From assembly GCF_000746205.1 (NCBI RefSeq), contig NZ_JQKV01000001.1:1-32000 (forward strand): a stretch of DNA of 32,000 nt, in the 5' to 3' direction. The translations under genes were made by a program, and so were the position numbers. A model generated the notes under the pieces. It saw nothing but the letters and a program-made list of their open reading frames with translations. It was not told the DNA's origin and made no database searches. This document shows positions 31,414 through 32,000 of the stretch, piece after piece. This DNA is from Halorubrum sp. BV1. GTDB taxonomy: Archaea > Halobacteriota > Halobacteria > Halobacteriales > Haloferacaceae. Every line of letters starts with the position of its first letter. Position 1 is the first letter of the stretch.

Positions 31414-32000
31414 ATGACTTCTGTGAAATCACTCCGATCTCTCCTGACTCGCAGTCGTCCTGGGAAACTCGGACTCCTCGAGGTCATTGCGATGGGTGTC
31501 GGTGGTATGGTTTCGGGCGGGATCTACGCTGTACTGGGTGTCGCAATGCAGCAAGCCGGTAACGCTGTCCCGTTGTCGTATCTCATTGCGGGTATCATCA
31601 CCCTTCTTACTGCCTATTCCTATCTCAAACTCACGCTACACTTCGGCGAGTACGGCGGCGCATTTTCATTCGTTGAGCACATCGTTGACAACCCGATAAT
31701 TGCCGCGTACGTCGGGTGGGTTCTCGTCGTCGGCTACGTCGGCGTGATGGCGATGTACGCGTTCGCCTTCGGTGCATACACGCTCACTGCCGCGAGAGCC
31801 ATCGCAGGGATCGAACTCCCGCAACTCTTGCGGCCGATTATCTCAACCCTGATCGTCGCTACGTTCGTTGGTCTCAATCTCCGGGGCGTCCACGAGACTG
31901 GCCTCTTCGAAGACATCGCAGTGTACATCAAAATCGTCGTCTTGCTGTCACTCGCAACCCTCGGAGTGATTTTTTATGATGGGAATGTGGCAGCACTCGA
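31414..32000 (+). CDS. APC-superfamily amino-acid permease, 5' part (runs off the window; not in the ORF track)
   Basis: My own translation from ATG 31414 stays open to the window end (195 codons): MTSVKSLRSLLTRSRPGKLGLLEVIAMGVGGMVSGGIYAVLGVAMQQAGNAVPLSYLIAGIITLLTAYSYLKL...GLNLRGVHETGLFEDIAVYIKIVVLL. The G-x-G-x-x-x-G-G-I-x-x-x-x-G N-terminal motif and TM pattern are typical of APC permeases. Confidence 0.75.
   Translation, partial: MTSVKSLRSLLTRSRPGKLGLLEVIAMGVGGMVSGGIYAVLGVAMQQAGNAVPLSYLIAGIITLLTAYSYLKLTLHFGEYGGAFSFVEHIVDNPIIAAYVGWVLVVGYVGVMAMYAFAFGAYTLTAARAIAGIELPQLLRPIISTLIVATFVGLNLRGVHETGLFEDIAVYIKIVVLLSLATLGVIFYDGNVAAL

Noticed and set aside
1-32000. Looked for CRISPR arrays, IS elements or transposases, integrases, toxin-antitoxin pairs and known defence-system genes
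   Set aside because: There are no regularly spaced direct repeats, no terminal inverted repeats flanking an ORF, and no translation resembling a transposase, integrase, Cas or restriction enzyme. The only repeats seen are the 29-nt tandem (25899-25956) and short inverted repeats, which are listed above.

Overview
High-GC haloarchaeal (class Halobacteria-type) chromosomal segment. My hand counts on sample 60-nt lines give about 68-72% GC in most genes. The window opens in the tail of an rRNA operon: 23S 3' end, a tRNA-like processing element, 5S rRNA, and a hairpin+T5 terminator with no trailing tRNA. It then carries about 27 protein genes, mostly recognisable core functions.

Genes in order:
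- REC-like/GAF histidine kinase, SRPBCC protein, OGG1-type glycosylase, UPF0212 and UPF0058 proteins.
- A 59-aa zinc-ribbon micro-protein that is missing from the ORF track, then TFB.
- An apparently cytoplasmic alpha-glucan locus: GH13 amylase, GH77 MalQ and a CaCA exchanger on the minus strand, divergent from a 1583-aa protein made of two complete GH15 modules.
- A MutS-domain-V ATPase tightly coupled to an acidic unknown protein.
- A small TM peptide overlapping a TauE/SafE permease.
- A proC-proB-proA operon with overlapping stop/start codons.
- A ~1.2 kb low-GC islet (about 47-53% GC) encoding an orphan 362-aa multi-pass membrane protein.
- A GT4 / alkaline-phosphatase-superfamily / flippase-like trio, then asd and nhaC.
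- A second lower-GC stretch at the window end containing an APC-family permease. It runs off the window and is also absent from the ORF track.

I see no CRISPR array, transposase, integrase, canonical tRNA gene or recognisable defence gene. The window is mostly ordinary core genome. The candidates most worth follow-up are the double-GH15 fusion and its locus, the low-GC orphan membrane gene, the MutS-like two-gene unit and the unlisted micro-protein.

All family calls come from motifs read in the supplied translations or my own translation. No database search, folding or statistics could be run. The many long Arg/Pro/Gly-rich ORFs in the track are treated as off-frame or antisense artefacts of GC-rich DNA.
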